Assembly (NCBI RefSeq): GCF_006345805.1
Contig: NC_043008.1
Coordinates: 5,828,001 to 5,892,000 of the forward strand
DNA: 64,000 bases
DNA from: Octopus sinensis
Taxonomy: Eukaryota
Reading direction: 5' to 3'
Of this stretch, positions 60,840-64,000 are shown one piece after another. The translations under genes and the position numbers were made by a program. The notes beneath the pieces are model-generated. The model searched no databases. It had not been told where the DNA came from and was given only the letters and a program-made list of their open reading frames with translations. Within the stretch, counting starts at the first letter, position 1. Every line of letters begins with the position of its first letter.

Positions 60840-62520
60840 AAGTGTCATCAAACGAATGCGCTGGAAAGCTTTCTTCTACGAGAACCCTTCTGCAACAACA
60901 TCTGGGGATAAGTTTAGCTTTATATTCACAAGGGCTCAAGCTAACCCCTCCCGCTATAATTAGAAATCTGTTTTCAGGCATTAGCAAACGGGTGTCTAAA
61001 CTCTCAGCCAACATGGAGACCTTTAATAGGGCCGCCCACAACTGCACCGATGCTTTGGCTAGGAGCGGATTTTCTGAGTAGCTCACGTCTGTGGATGGAC
61101 CCCAAACCCTCTCTCCTCACCCAAAGGGAATTAGGAAAAGGGAAATAATCCGGTATGACCCCCATTTAACCTAGAAGTTTCTATCAACGTAGACAAGAAC
61201 TTCCTGTCGTTAATAAAGAAACATTTTCCTAGAGGCCATAAGTATTACAAACTCTCAACTCCCATAATATCAAGGTAAGCTACTCCCACTTAGACAACAT
61301 TACATCTAACATCGCGCGCATCAACAAACGTAAACACGCATCCACACGACCCACAACGCCGATCTGCAACTTCCTAAACCCTCCCCTCTGCCCTCTAGGA
61401 GGATCCTGCATCTCAAGGGCTGTAGTATACAGAGCCACCCTTACACCATCCGATGGCATTACTACGGACTATACGGGCATGACAGCCAATGACTTCAGAG
61501 GAAGATATTCTCAGTGCTTGCAGTCATTTAGATCCAGGGACAGAGAGAACTTCACTTCCTTGTCACGTTTTCTCTGGAGACTTCGTAATCTCCGAGATGA
61601 AACATCCAACATCAAATGGACTATTATCGACAGGGTACCACAATATTCACCCGGTGCCCCTAATTGCTAGCTGTACTTCCGCGAAAAACTGCATATCATC
61701 TACCAACCCGCAGTATCCATCAACAAGAAATATGAAATATCGTATGGCTGTCACCAGAGGTACACCCTTCCGGTAAATTTCAAGCCTCTGACCGTCGACA
61801 ACCCGGATATACCCTCTTTGTACCAGCCACCCCTAGCACCGCCAGCACTAAGGTCACCGTCACAAATTAACCCCCATGAACAGCACTGCAAACCATCGAT
61901 CCCCCAAACTCCTCCATGCCTGTCTACCCGTATGCTCTCCCACCCCTTGTGCATGACCACCCGAGTATATGTACGCATGCGCGTGTGAGGGAGTGCACAT
62001 ATGCATCTGCTCACTGTATGCATGCGCACGGATGTGACTGCGCGGGTGTACATGTGTGCGCATGCACGCCCATATACATGTACAAGTGTGCACGTGTGCA
62101 TGTATGTACACGTGCACACTTTTGTGTGCGCGCGCGTGTGCTCGTGTGCATATGTGCGCGCGCGTGTGTGAGCGTGTGTGCGTGCGCGCAAATGTGTGAG
62201 TACATCTAAGCACACATACATACTTGTATAAGTACGGATGCATACACGCTGATATATATGTACATATATATACATATATACCCCCACATCTACCACCTCT
62301 TCCTACTTCCCCCAGCCACTCAACCAATTTCTTGTCCACCGCGCGGTCGATTTTCTGTTCACCATGCGGTATTTTCCAACTAACTGTTGTCGCTTAAATA
62401 CCGACATCAAACCGCTATACCCCGTGATCTTTCTCGACCATTCGCAGGCTAACGTCCAATAATAAATATTGATTCCCTTTAATCGAACTCTCATTCAGAC
62501 CCCAATGATCGAAAACCAGA
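60840..62520 (+). mobile_element. 5'-truncated Penelope-like element (RT C-terminus, GIY-YIG endonuclease, 3' terminal-repeat-like region), frameshifted
   Basis: PPAIIRNLFSGISKRVSKLSANMETFNRAA...ALARSGF; RKREII.Y.P.F; FLSLIKKHFP.GHKY; CPLGGSCISRAVVYRAT...YTGMTANDFRGRY...SFR...TSLSRFLW.L...IKWTII...C*L...EKL.I. Confidence 0.9.
61965..62280. repeat. Complex alternating purine-pyrimidine tract (CG/TG/CA/TA)
   Basis: For example GTGTGCGCGCGCGTGTGC and ATATGTGCGCGCGCGTGTGTG. Confidence 0.85.
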
Positions 62521-64000
62521 TACACACTTGAAACTCAGAGTACCAAGGGGTATTTGGGGGTAGGGTGTGTGGGCTATTGCATTATCTAAGAATATAAACT
62601 ATCTTTAAAAACAACGGTTTATCTTAATATGTTCAGAATACCTTTCTCCAGCATCTGTCATCCTCTGAAATTTAGAGTAGAATTAAAAAATAGCCAATAG
62701 GTCAGTTGAGTGTTTTTTTTTTTGTGTGTGTTTGAATGTTGTTATTGCTGCTGTGGAACAGACAAATAAACTACAATGACAGGAAAGAGAAATACATAGG
62801 AAAATAACTTTTTTCCAAGAATGTTGTAGCAAGACGGAAGTTAAATAAAAGATCTAGGATTGGCTTGTGTTATAAAAAAAAAAAGCTATATGTTTGGAAT
62901 AAAATATAAATTTTGAAAATATCAGATGAAGAGGAAATTAAAAAAAAAATGATGTGAAAATAGTTTAGAAGTAGGTGTTTTCAACAAATATACTGATGTG
63001 CAGCTAATATTAATTCTTGACATACATTTAGTTACACATTTTGAGTTCTCATTTTTACGATAAGAAGGCAAAAAATACGCAGGAAACTTATTGTGGAAAA
63101 GCACATAAAAGTGGGAGAGAAGGAGACAGACACACAGACTGACAGACTGACAGAATCTGTTTCCAAAAGTTGATGAATAAAAAAATCGTACAATATAGAC
63201 AGAGAATTTGAATGCCGATGAGAATAACAGAAATTCGAATATATTGTATTTTTTTGTAAAAATAGAAATATATCTATACTATATGTTTAAATTAGAAAAG
63301 CTATCTAAGGAATCATAAGATACTTCAATACAAGAATAATAAAGTCTTAATGCATAAAAGAAATAATTTGCAGAGGGTAGTAAGAAAGAAACGGAAAATA
63401 TCCTAGTTTTCAGCTGAAATAATAATGTCTGTCATGAGAGATTTTGAAGGAGATCTAGCAAGGAATATCTTCAGATATGAGGGCATTGAATATAGAAGAT
63501 ATTAACGTTTGATGATATTCTGAGAAAAGCCACATGGTTCCATGCATTTGGGGTGTATTTCTATTCAGTTGAAGTGGATAGATCCTACTAAGCAGGAGAA
63601 ATGCAATAATCCATTAATAGTTATCTAAGTTTGGCCTAGAATCTAGAATTGTTTTTAAAGCAATAACTCAGGTATGATACAAGTGTAGTTCATTTTTGGT
63701 TCATTGAATTGCTAGCAACATTATCTTCTTACAGTTCTTCTTCAGACAACTTTCTTTCCAGCTATATCTGGCCAAATTCTCTCTTCAAAGTCTGTGAATT
63801 CTATTTAAACTTGCTTCTTTGTTTTAAACTTTTCTACGATTGATAAAAATAGTTACTGTGTTTTTTTCCTTTTTATTCTTTCTTCCACTTTAATGTTATA
63901 TCATCATTTATATTATTTTGTCTTCTTCAGTATAAAGCAAGTTTCATTAGACATGAGATGTACGTATTTGACCTGATAATATATATCCATGAGTTCAAAT

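Noticed and set aside
61751-62339. 159-181-aa minus-strand ORFs
   Set aside because: Products of the alternating purine-pyrimidine tract in the Penelope 3' region.

Overview
AT-rich eukaryotic (animal) genomic DNA, not prokaryotic: no operons, CRISPR arrays or rRNA/tRNA genes. The repeat inventory (three tRNA-headed SINE families, very long (TA)n/(CA)n/(TATC)n arrays, CR1, RTE, Penelope, mariner, Tigger, hAT and Helitron relics) looks like an octopus genome; that assignment is pattern recognition, not a database result. Most ORFs in the supplied track are microsatellite or transposon artefacts. No complete, nameable host gene was found. The best host-gene signal is a ~155-codon minus-strand terminal-exon candidate (18103-18569) encoding an unrecognised Cys-containing domain with a hydrophobic C-terminus. 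A separate signal-peptide-like exon lies at 14128-14200. The most interesting non-coding signals are hammerhead-ribozyme-like motifs with palindromic (dimer-type) stem III: a canonical-core copy at 42411-42497 and a compact U4C variant at 48806-48840, both in Penelope-type terminal-repeat-like sequence lacking an ORF. Also notable are a pre-miRNA-sized hairpin (53244-53301), a 188-nt foldback (2775-2962), a SINE family with three interchangeable 3' tails, and a multiply nested Helitron (46.3-49.3 kb).
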